In this document: positions 16,601 to 27,481 of the stretch, piece by piece
Numbering within the stretch: the stretch's first letter is position 1
Layout: the number at the start of each line of letters is the position of its first letter
NCBI GenBank assembly: GCA_033442325.1
Contig: JAWQFM010000028.1
Span: forward strand, 811,293 to 875,292
Direction: 5' to 3'
DNA length: 64,000 nt
Origin: Salpingoeca rosetta
Lineage: Eukaryota > Protista > Choanoflagellata
Notes under the pieces: generated by a model
Seen by the model: the letters and a program-made list of their open reading frames with translations, nothing else
Databases searched by the model: none
Told to the model about the DNA's origin: nothing
Position numbers and translations under genes: made by a program

Positions 16601-18158
16601 TTGGGCAGAGGCGCAGCCATGAGCGGTGTCCACACGTGCTGGGGGAACGCAACAGCAGTGCCATCGCGTTCAAACGATACGGCAATGGGAACACGGCATG
16701 CGGCCAGCAGGATGTCTCCCCGCACAAACTCCTTTGTCTGCACGCCAGCCGCCACCGCTGCTGCTGCTGCTGCTGTGGTCTGCTTTGGCGTGCGGGCGGC
16801 CGAGTTGTGGCGATGAATGCTGATGCGGGCATTCTCTGGCAGCGCACTCGCCCGCTCCTCTGCACGGTGCCACACCTCCACCACCAGCACGTGCGTGTCT
16901 GTGACGAGGTCGCCAGCGCCTGCGTCGCCATGTCTGCGGCCACCACCAGACCGGCGGGCGAGCGAGGACGCGGGGACGGTGCGCGGGCCGAGGTGGAACG
17001 TGCAGTGCTCGTCAAACTCAGGGCAGAAGCTGCGGGAAATAACGCCCGTCTCGCACCACTCCGAGCAGCGGCCGCGCTCGTGTGTGCCGGCGGCGGTAAA
17101 GGGGATGGTGGCGCCGTGCTGTTCGCCCTGCAGCGGTCGGGCGAGGGAGATGCGCACAACCGCATTCACGCCGGCCTCCTCACACACCTCCAAGGCACGC
17201 ACGCGCTGCTGTTGCAGCAGGTGTTGCACAGCCGCCTGCAGGCCAGTCAATCTCCTCAAATGCACACGCAGCCGCACCCCGTCCTCGTCGTCCTCCTCCT
17301 CCTCATCGTCACCACCACCGCCGCTCGCAAATCCACTTTGCCACTTCTGCCTGCGCCCACCTGCCCTTCTTCCTGCTGCTGTCGGGGCAGCGAGATCATC
17401 GGTGATGGTGTGCGCATCAGCGGTGGCAGGGACACACGCGTAGCGGATGGAGACTGTGACATGGCCGATGGGCGACACAGCTGCCGAGGAGAGTGATGCT
17501 GCTGCCGTTGGTATCAAGGGCAGGAACCACTGCTGGTGGCCGCAGCATGCACGCACACGCACGCCCTCATCGCCCCCGTCGTCATCTGTCGTCCATCGAG
17601 ATGCTGATGGCGACGACGATCGTGATTGTGATCGCGATGACACGCGTGTGGCATCCCTGTCGCCACATCGGCCCCCGCTCATGTCATCATCATCAGCATC
17701 ATCAGCATCGTCATCGTCGTGATGTCGGTGGTGGGTGTGCTCGTGGCGCTGTCGTGATGTGTTCTTGGCCCGTGTGTGTCCACTTGCCTGCACGCATTTG
17801 ATGAGGTGCTGCAGCTGGGCGGTGGGGAGGGTGGCGCGGCCTTGCAGTGTGTCTGCCACGTTTGGGTAGTAGCAGCGTTGGTACAGGGCAAATCGCATGC
17901 TGTGGGGCAGCAGACTGGCGAGCATGGGCTGAATGGTGTCTGGTGCAGCTGTCGTCGCTGTCCAGTTGGTAGTGTGGTTGAGCTCGGGGTTCGGCACACA
18001 CAACACTGGCTCAGTCCTGCAATGAATAGTATGTGTATGTGTGTTAGTGCGTGTGTGAGGGATGTGCGTGTGTGTGAGGGATGTGTGTGTGTGTGCGTGT
18101 GTGAGGGATGGATGTGACAAGGAAAAACAACAAGACACAAGATAATTGCTTTTAGCCA

Positions 18159-18197
<39 letters not shown>

Positions 18198-18593
18198 GAC
18201 AGTGAACCAACCTGGCCTTGCGTAAGAGGAGGCGATGCCTTTGTGCACGATGGTCACTGGCACCACACTCACGACGGCCATCCGTGTCGTTGGCCGTGCG
18301 TACCAACGAGTGTACGGTGTCGTGCTCCACAAAACAGTCTGTCTCACCATAGAGCGTTGAAGCAAACAAGTCCAGGTCTGTCGCTCGCTGCACCTCCACC
18401 TGAAACATGTGCCGATATACGCGCCGCGTGGCCCCACCATCCACGCCCTCTTCATCGCCACCGTCTCCACCAAAGCCATGCTGCTGCTGCTGCTGCTTGA
18501 GCCATGGCGGCGGGTGCACATCTGGCCGTGCATCGATCCGTGGACCGAGCGTGCTGATTCGCGACACCATCAACTCCCCAGCGCCCGAATCAA

Positions 18594-18643
<50 letters not shown>

Positions 18644-21600
18644 GGTTGTTGCTGCTGTTGCCGTTGTGATAGCTGTTGTCGTACGTCGCTGGCAGCACCT
18701 GCAACATCACCACCAGTGTCACGAACGCCAGCCGTGGCGCCACGGTGCGCGTGTGTGCGTGTGATGAGCATCATCTGACGCGACGAGCCCATGGCCACGA
18801 CCACACGGATGTGTCCAACAACACCGCCGCTCACGGGGTCCACAATCGGCTGGTGGTCGTTGGCAGCAAACACGGGCAGTGTTCCGTCAAGCACGGCGCG
18901 GGCCACGGCGGCATCGACAAAGCAGTCGTACAGCGGCTTCGTGCGCACCTTCACCAGACCAAGGAAGGTGTCCTGCGCATCCCTCGCTCCACACCGGTCC
19001 CACACCTCCACCGCGCACAGCCCCTGGTGCAGCTGCTCGAGAAAGCCGTGTGTGCGGAGACGAGCAATGGTGTGCTGGTGGTTGAAGGATGGCGTGTTGG
19101 TATTCCACTGCACGTCGCTGTGTAAGGGCTCGTGATCGCTGACCACACGCGTCACAACATACAAATTACGCGGCGTTGGCGCTGCCGCTGGGCCACGCGG
19201 TGCAATGCCTCGTGCATCCGCCACACTCACCAGCAGGTGATACACAGGCGGGGAGCGACCACCACCACTTGATTGTGCTGCCGCTGCTGCTGCTGTTTGG
19301 GTTTCGGAGGAGGGCTGCGGCTGGTGGTCGTTGGAGCCACGGGCCTCTGTGCCATCAGCGGAAAGGGCTGTGGCCTTGCGTGTGTCGTGGTGGTGGTGCC
19401 GCTGCGGCGATGCAGGGTGGCTGGCATCCTCAACAACAGAGGTGAGACGGATGCTGAGGGAGAGCGTGCCGAGCGGCTTGCTGCTATGCACCACACTGCC
19501 ATCGCCATCATTGTCGCCAACAGCACCGTTACTGTCGATGGTGGCGTGCGACGTTGGTTGCAGGCTGGTGACGGGGAGTGTGAATGTGTGGTGCAGTTCG
19601 GGTGCACGCAGGACCTCCTCCAGTGGGAACGATGCGAGTCCCACGACATGCAGTTGTGGCGTCGCTTCGCCGTTGCTGCTCCTCTCGCCATCATCGCCAT
19701 CATCGCCATCGTCACCATCACCGTCATCACAACCCCGAGCACCACCATCATTGTCATCATGGGTGTTGCGGATGTAGAGGCGCCCACGGTGCGTGGTGTT
19801 GCGCTGTGGCACCATCACCCGCACGACAACAACACTCCGCAGCCAGCAGCTGACCACCGCATCTGTGAAGGCGAGCGGGGCTGCATCGTGGCAGTCAAAC
19901 ACGACGCGGCCGCGGTGAACGCGCCCCGGCAGCCGCATGTGGTGCAGGGTGCGCCCAGCAGCGTCTGCAGGCTGCAGCGGCACGTTGAGGTCGAGGAAGC
20001 ACGGGTTACCCTCGTCCATCGCCGTGCATGGCTGACGCAGCGTCATGTCGTGTGCATACACAACAGCGCGGTTTGTTTCCAGGATGCGCACGAGCTTGTG
20101 TAGTTGCAGCGGCACCTGGGACTCACTACCACCTGTGACCTCTGCTGCTGCTGGTGGTGGTTTGGTCTTGGAGAGCGGTGGCGATGTGCTGCTGGCAGTG
20201 GTGGCGGTCGTAGTGTGATGCCCAGCTGTTGCACCACCACCATCACCCTCTGCGCTCTGCTGCTGCGGATGTTGTTGTCGGCCTTGGGCGAGGCCGTGGG
20301 GAGCGCCAGCAGAGGAAGCCGCTGCCATCGCTGTGGTTGCAGCAGCGCCGTTGATGCCGTGCTCGTGTTTCTTTCTTCCACCGCCATCATCACGAGCAGC
20401 ACGAGTACGAGTCACAGCAGCAACAGTGTCACGTTCACCAGCGACATCCTGACCATCGCCATGCTGCGTGGTGTTGCCATCTTCATCTTCCGCGCCTTCG
20501 TCGTCGTATGCGTCGTATAGAAGATCGGCCATCAAGTCGTCGTTGTCCATCACAGAATCACTCGAGTCAAACGTGTTGTCTGCATCCAGCAGCAGTCGGT
20601 GCACGCTTGCGCTCACTCCATCCGCACAACCGCCGCCATCATCACCAGCGTACATGGTTCCATGGCCAAGTAGCGCCGCCGTGGCATCGTCAGCAGCATC
20701 GTCGACAGCCCCAATATAAGCGTGAAGGGGCGCCGAGTAGGGCGCTGCTGTTGCTGCTGTGGTTGCTGTTGCTTGGTAGGCGTGTTGTTGCTGGTGCATG
20801 TGCATGCGAGCTGGCGATGACGATGACGCGTATGGATAGCGTCCAGCGCTCTTGGGAGCTGTGCGGTCATGAGTGTCTGCGACGCCGACGAGTTCGGAAT
20901 TGAGGTCGTGAATGTCGCGCTGTAACCGCTCGCTCCTCTCAATCAATTGCGACAGCAGATCATCACCGCCATCGTCATCGTCATTGGCGGCAGCACTGAA
21001 CTCAGGAATGCCCCGCTGTTGCTGGTAATGTTGCTGTTGTAGTTGCTGCTGCTGCTGCTGCTGCTGCTGTCGTTGCTCTTGCTGGTGTTGTTGCTGTTGT
21101 AGTCTCTCTTGCTGGTTAAACAGGAGCTGCCTCTTGGTGTCCAGGACCTCACCATCGTCATGACTATCACCATCATCGGTGTCATGGATGTGCAGCTGGG
21201 GGATGTTGGAGCGGTTGAGCGGGCTTGCACCATGGCGCCCAACCCGAGGCGTCATGCCTGCAGGCAACGCAAAAATGCACGTGGGCATGCGGAACGTGTG
21301 TGCGTGAGTAAGGGAGCATGTGTGCATGTGCATGTGCGAGTGAAGGAAAACAACCGGACAAGCAACATGCACATCCGACCACACGGGTATGTAGGCGTGA
21401 GCGTGTCACCTGCTTGCGGCATTGGCGAGCCAAAGGGATCGAAGCTCGTGTGCAGCGGGTGACGTGGCGCCTGGTGATGAACAAGAACAAGGAGTTGAAA
21501 AAAAGAGCCGCAGAGGACAAAGGGCACGGGAGGTGGTCAAGCAGTTGAGGGAAGGACGATGAATTGGGTTTAGGACAGTGAGCGCATGGTGTGAGGTAAG

Positions 21601-21757
21601 CTGGAACAGTAGAGGCAAGGTGAAAGGCAAAACAAGGACTGCTGTGAAGTGCACAAAGTAAAGCGCTGGGGGGGGGCAACGCACGTGTTCTGGGTGGATT
21701 GGAATCTGGGACCGACGCGCAACAACATGCTTGTTTGGCGATCCTGTTGTGTGTGTA

Positions 21758-21831
<74 letters not shown>

Positions 21832-23291
21832 TGAGGACGGCTTGGGACCACTGGTGACAGACAGACAGACACACACACACACACACGGACCTTGTGGTTC
21901 AATGCTGGTGAGGAGTTGGATGCGCACGTGTATTTCGGCAACCTGAATGGCGTTATCACATGCGGTGAGGGTTTCAGCAAGGAACAAGAACAGCAAGAGC
22001 AACAAGCAAATAACAGCAGCAGCAACAACAAGAGCAACAGCTCAGCCCTAACACGCCGCCACGACAGCACATAATAATACCTTGTGCATGTCGGCGGTCA
22101 TGACGGGACACCAGCGCTCAACAGGTTTGCGGTCCAGCTGCATTGGCGCTTTCAACTCCGCCCGACCCAGCACAACTGGCGGAGTGCGTACAGAGCGTGT
22201 GTGATGTGATGTGATGTGAGCCATACAGGAAGCACACAGCACAGACAAGTCGAAACGTGAGGGGATAAAACGGTGATGATGACGACGTGGGACGAGCAGG
22301 AGCGCATGCATATGATCATAACGTGTGTGAGAAGGCAACCTCTGTTGTTGTTGTTGTTGACATGTGTGGCCATGCAGCCAAGCGGAACGCAGGCAATGAA
22401 CACCGAAAACCAACACAACGCAGCCAGCGCCATCATCCCCGCCCACCTCGCTTGATGCTGTCTGCGACGTCAAAGCCGATCCACGCCATATCTGCCAGGT
22501 ACTGCATGAGCTGGGGTTTGCCGCATCGCACGGGGAAGACTGCCGTCGTGTCCACGTATGTTTTGGAGGGCGGGTTCTGCTTTGCAGCTTGCAGCCGCTG
22601 CCTGTTCTTGCCGCGTGTCTTGTTTGTCACCACCTTGGGACTGAGGACGCAGCAACGAAGCAGACGCACGGATGCAGACGCACACGTAAGAAAAGGTGCG
22701 TATGTGTGTGTGTGTGTGTATGTGTGTGGGTAAATAGTTCAGTGTGCCGTGCAAGGTGACCAAAGCAAGCATGAGAGGGGGCCTGGTGGGCGACGTACCT
22801 GAACGTTGTTGGGGCTTGTGGGTCGCCCCACCAAGCGAGGCTGACAGTGAAGCGGCGGGGCGGGTCACGCATGGCCCATGCGATCTGATCCACCGTGACA
22901 ACAATTCGGGCTTGAACCGGGCCCTGTTGTGGATACCCAAAGGAGTTGTTGGTGAGGGTAGATGGACGGCAGGGGCAGAGAGGGAGAGAGAGAGCGTGTG
23001 TGTTGCGTTGCGTGTGTGTGTGTGTGTGTGTGTCACACAGAGACCACACAGAGAGCACACAGAGAGCACACAGAGAGCACACACACTCGCACACACTCGC
23101 ACACGCACACCCCTTACCTTGACGGCTGGAGGCAAGGATGTCCCTTGTTGCATGCCAACTTTTCGATGTCGGTGTTGAGGTTGCTGTGGCTGATGCTGTG
23201 GCTGGGCTGAGCGCACAGGCAAGCGGGAACCCTTCTTCCCACCACCACCGCCACCACCACCGTCACCCGCACTCGTGGTCGTCTTCCTCAT
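12741..23291 (-). CDS. C2CD3: C2 domain-containing protein 3 (centriole distal-end/ciliogenesis protein), multi-exon
   Basis: N-terminal TSLPPAVK|GPVQARIVVTVDQIAW..FTVSLAWWGD and FPVRCGKPQLMQYLADM match the C2CD3 N-terminal C2 domain. Several further C2 domains lie in the 12652-21384 ORF (NLYVVTRV..VEVWDR; SRSFCPEFDEH; LEPLLYGLTCIDGWYHI). The spliced terminus DLSPE|EVRRLEAIFKSKHIPM* resembles the C2CD3 end motif (EE..RIARIF). Confidence 0.88.
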
Positions 23292-23402
23292 CGTTTGTCG
23301 CTGTTGTGTGTGGTTGTGAGAATAACGGCTGATGAATTTCACGTCTGCACGTTTCGCACACACAAATCACACACACACGCACGCACGCACGCTCACACGA
23401 GC

Positions 23403-24434
23403 ATGACAGCTGCGCCTGTGACGTGTGCGTTCCTGGCGAGGGCGGCGAGCTTGCTGCTGGCAGAGGGCGGTGGGGCAGAGATGGCACGGCACATGCTGGC
23501 GCCGCTCGGGCACATGGTGGAGGAGAGTGCGGAGAAGGACGAGGAGAGTGCTTCCAAAAGCAAGGCAGCCAAGAAGAACAAGAAGAAAGGCAAGAAGCAT
23601 CAGCAGCAAAGCGGTGGGGGAGGTGGTGATGGTGGTGCAAAGGAGCACACGCGCACGGGTTGGCTCAGCGCATCAATACCAGCACCAACACCGTCACCAA
23701 CACCAGCACCAGCACGAGCACTCGTGTCAACTGTGGGAAGGGAAACCATGGCGAGTAGCAGAGGTGACAACTCAGATGCGGGCGCCTCGACCACGGCACA
23801 ATTATTTGCAGCGATGTCTGCGAAGGGGGACTGTGCGCTTCATGGCGACGCGAAGCAGCAGTTCTGCCAAAGATGTGGGTCCGTCTTTGCAGCGCACCCG
23901 CCCCGGTGTGTACGAGCACGCCGGCGCCACCAAGCCACGCCTGTCGTGAAGGTTGTGTGCTCGCAGTGCGGAATGCGGTGCTGGCAAGGCAGAGCGCCAC
24001 GCACAGCAAGGCGAATTCTGCGTCGCGGCAACAAGGCGGCCGCTGCGAGCGTCAAGCTTGCGGCGGCAAAAGGAACACACGCGCCTGCAACAACTGGCGC
24101 CAGTAATAATGGCCAGCTTCAAGCCGGCGCTGCAGCGCTGCAGCATGACCCGAGCGTGACGCACCCGTCCCCAGCTGACAAGCCCACACCAAGATCAGAA
24201 CAGCGGCAACAACAACCGGTGTCAAGCAAGGCGGCCACGAAGAAAGACAGGAAGCGGCAGGAACGCAACAAGCAGAAGTTAGCTCTGAAGCAGTTGCTGG
24301 GACAAGCCGTCGCCAAGGAACAGCAACAACAAGGCGGCAAGAACGGCAAAGGAAAGAACAAGAAAAAGAAGAAGAAGAAAGGTGGCGGTGGCGGTCAGGG
24401 CTTGACCCTGGCGGATGTGTTGCAGTCGTGCTGA
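23403..24434 (+). CDS. RNase P/MRP Rpp21/Rpr2-like zinc-binding protein with a Lys-rich tail (intronless)
   Basis: FLARAASLL..MARHM N-terminal helices, KQQFCQRCGSVF and VVKVVCSQCG (two CxxC pairs), basic C-terminus ending LADVLQSC. Confidence 0.6.
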   Translation: MTAAPVTCAFLARAASLLLAEGGGAEMARHMLAPLGHMVEESAEKDEESASKSKAAKKNKKKGKKHQQQSGGGGGDGGAKEHTRTGWLSASIPAPTPSPTPAPARALVSTVGRETMASSRGDNSDAGASTTAQLFAAMSAKGDCALHGDAKQQFCQRCGSVFAAHPPRCVRARRRHQATPVVKVVCSQCGMRCWQGRAPRTARRILRRGNKAAAASVKLAAAKGTHAPATTGASNNGQLQAGAAALQHDPSVTHPSPADKPTPRSEQRQQQPVSSKAATKKDRKRQERNKQKLALKQLLGQAVAKEQQQQGGKNGKGKNKKKKKKKGGGGGQGLTLADVLQSC

Positions 24435-24703
24435 GTGGAGCGCATGGCTGAAGGTGTGTTGGTGGTGGTGGTGGTGTTGGGGGTTTAGGAGAGGTTGGCA
24501 GTGGTGTGTGTGTGTGTGTGTGTGTTGCTGTGTGTGTGTGTGTGTTGCTGCGTGTGAGTTGTATTCAGAAGCCGGCTAGGCGGTTGCATTTATTGGTTTG
24601 AGGCCTTCATCGAAGAGGACTTCATCTTGCTTAAACAGACAGAATCACTGAGGTAGACACGAGCGGGGTGGTGTTGAAGACGAAAGACGACGGTCGACGA
24701 GGA

Positions 24704-24735
<32 letters not shown>

Positions 24736-24808
24736 CACTATTGACATAGTCATCATCACCATCATCACCATCATCATCATCATTCGTTCATCATCATCAT
24801 CATCATGG

Positions 24809-25735
24809 TCATGCTGCCCACGACTTGAACATGCCGCGTGGGTTTGCCGAGCGCTTGGTGCCGAGCGTGCTTGCCGAGCGCAGCTCCTTGATGCTGTCGT
24901 ACATGTCGTCAATTCTCTCGCGGTTGACTTGGTCAAAGATGAGGCGACGGTCCCCCGCCAGCTTGAACGCCAGATCCACGCTCGTCTTCGCCCACTGCTT
25001 CTTGCGGTGCTGGAAGAGCGTGGAGAGCACCCTGACAATGGCGTCCAGCCGCTCACGCTTCTCGGCGTCTGTCGGCACATACTGGGTGATCTCCATGCCC
25101 AGGAGGATGTCGCTCTGCTTGGGGAAGGCCGTGTCCAGCTGCTCAATGGCCTCGTGCGCCACCTTGGCCGCCTGCGCAAACTGGTACGTGTCGTCTGTGT
25201 TGAGGCGGTGGCACGTCACGTGGTACAGCACCATCGTGCGCAGCTGGAACGTGTGCTTGTCAGAGAAAGCGTCCATGTTGCGGTGCGCGAGTGAGAAGAT
25301 GTCGCGATACGCCGCCATGCTGGCCGGGTTGCCCTGGCGGCGGGACGCCAGCGCGTCCAGCTTCTGCAGCAGCGGAAAGAACTCCTCGCTCGTGTCCCTG
25401 CGCAGGTCTGTCTCCATGAGTTTGCACAGCACCGGCGCTGCCTTGGGGAACTTCCTGTCGTCCAACAGCAGCGTGTTGAGCTTCTTCAGCAGCACCTTTC
25501 TCTTCTCCGCCTCTGTCGCTTCCAGTTTCGCTGGCTCTGTCGTTGCTGGTTCTGCCTGCTTTTGTTTGGTCTCTGCTTCTGCATCGCTAGCGGTGCTGGT
25601 GTCGGGTGATGGCTCCAGCTTCTTATCCTCCGCCTTTGCCGGAGCATCAGACCCCGTCGGTGAGCTTGAAGACGCAGCATGCTTGTCCTCTGCCTCTTCT
25701 TCCAAGCGCGCACGCTTTGGCTCCAGTTCCGCCAT
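24809..25735 (-). CDS. Uncharacterised helical protein (intronless, ~308 aa; an alternative ATG lies at 25756)
   Basis: Long ORF with strong GC3 codon bias. Low-complexity N-terminus, then a globular region: KFPKAAPVLCKLM..LNTDDTYQF..QWAKTSVD..RERIDDMYDSIKE. Confidence 0.8.
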   Translation of the reverse strand: MAELEPKRARLEEEAEDKHAASSSSPTGSDAPAKAEDKKLEPSPDTSTASDAEAETKQKQAEPATTEPAKLEATEAEKRKVLLKKLNTLLLDDRKFPKAAPVLCKLMETDLRRDTSEEFFPLLQKLDALASRRQGNPASMAAYRDIFSLAHRNMDAFSDKHTFQLRTMVLYHVTCHRLNTDDTYQFAQAAKVAHEAIEQLDTAFPKQSDILLGMEITQYVPTDAEKRERLDAIVRVLSTLFQHRKKQWAKTSVDLAFKLAGDRRLIFDQVNRERIDDMYDSIKELRSASTLGTKRSANPRGMFKSWAA

Positions 25736-25949
25736 GGCGTTGTGGTTGTGTGACAATGTGATGTGCCGTCGTTTTAACTGTTCGAGTGAACTGAACAGAG
25801 AGATGTGTCTGGCTGATGGTGGTGTGAACGACCGTCGTCTGTCGCGCTTGACTTTGCTTTGGCGTGGTGGCGATAACCGTTGCTGTGTGACTTGTGCTTA
25901 GGAACTGATTTCAGTGAACTTGAAGTGCCGACTGAATTCAGGGCCGCTT

Positions 25950-27414
25950 ATGAAGATGGCTGCGCCGCGACTGTTGAACGTGAATGTGGGAGTGCTGGGG
26001 CATGTGGACTCTGGGAAGACCTCGCTTGGTCAGTGCCCCTGCGCGCGCATGTGTGTGTGTGTGCGTGCGTGTGTGTGTGTGTGTGTGTGTAGTTATGCTG
26101 CAGGCTCACCCTCTGTGTTTCGTTTACGTTCACACACGCACACACACGCACACACACACGCACACACGCACATACACCTAGCCAAGGCCATGAGCACGGT
26201 GTCGTCCACTGCCGCGTTTGACAAGCATCCACAGAGCAAGGAACGTGGTATCACCCTGGACCTCGGTAAGCCGCAACTGTCTTCGCAGCACACACATTCA
26301 TGTGACAGCGTCTGCCGTGCTCACCCCTGCAATGGCTTGTCTTTGTCTGTGCGCTGCACATTGTAGGGTTTTCCTCCCTTCTCATTCCGACCCCGGACAA
26401 CCTCAAAGGTAGCGTGGTTTGGAAGAACGTGCTTGCTTCTCGTTCCCCTTGCTCGCCTGTATGCCTCACGTAGTGGCACTCTCTTCCTCACACGCCGTGT
26501 TCTCTGGTGTCGACGCGGACATCTTCTGCCGTTGCAGAGTACACGAAGGAGGAGCAGGTGCAGCTGACGCTGGTGGACTGTCCCGGCCATGCGTCCCTCA
26601 TCAAGACGATCATCGGTGGTGCCCAGATCATCGACGTCATGCTCCTCGTCATCGATGTCACCAAAGGCATCCAAACACAGACTGCAGAGTGCATCGTCAT
26701 TGGCGAAATCACCTGCGAGCGCCTGGTGAGGCATGATTGTGTGTGTGTGCGTGTGTGCGTGTGGATGTGTGCGTGTGTGCGTTTGTGCGTGTGTATGCGT
26801 ATGTGTGTGTGCGTGTGTGTGTGTGTGTGTGCGTGTGTGCGTGTGGATGTGTGCGTGTGTGTGTGCGTACCCTTTTTGCATCCATCCGGTTGTCGCTGAC
26901 AGCATGTGCGGGCCTGCTGTTTTCGTTCGCGTGCTCTGCAGGTGATTGCGCTGAACAAGATTGACCTGCTGCCACCAGACAAGCGTCAGGCCAAGGTAAA
27001 CGCTGACGTTTGAGCTGATGGCGTACGTGCGTGCACGCTCATGAACACAACCACAGCTCACGTTCGTTACCGTGTCGCCGTGTCGCCCTGCGTCCCATTG
27101 CAGATTGACAAGATGATTCAGAAACTCAAGAAGACGTTCCAACACACCAAGTATGTGTGTGTGTGTGTCTGTGTCTGTCTGTTTGTGTGTATGTGTGCAT
27201 GTGTGTGTGTGTGTATGTGTGCATGTGTGTGTGTGTGCATGTGTGTTTGCTGTGTGTTGCAGTTTGCATGCATGTCCATGCGCCTCCACACCTTCCCTGA
27301 CCCCTCTTGGTGGTCCACAGGTTCACGGACCCGCCAATAGTGCCCGTCTCCGCCGCTGGCTGTACGTTCAGTCGAGGGTGTGTGTGTATATATATATCTA
27401 TGTATATATGCGTG

Positions 27415-27481
<67 letters not shown>

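Noticed and set aside
12652-21384. 2910-aa single ORF
   Set aside because: It reads through stop-free introns (near 18020-18200 and 12792-13040). The real gene starts near 23291 and ends at 12741.
24825-25901. 358-aa plus-strand ORF and similar antisense ORFs over DHODH, ROCO and C2CD3
   Set aside because: Antisense shadows of GC-rich coding sequence with no recognisable motifs.
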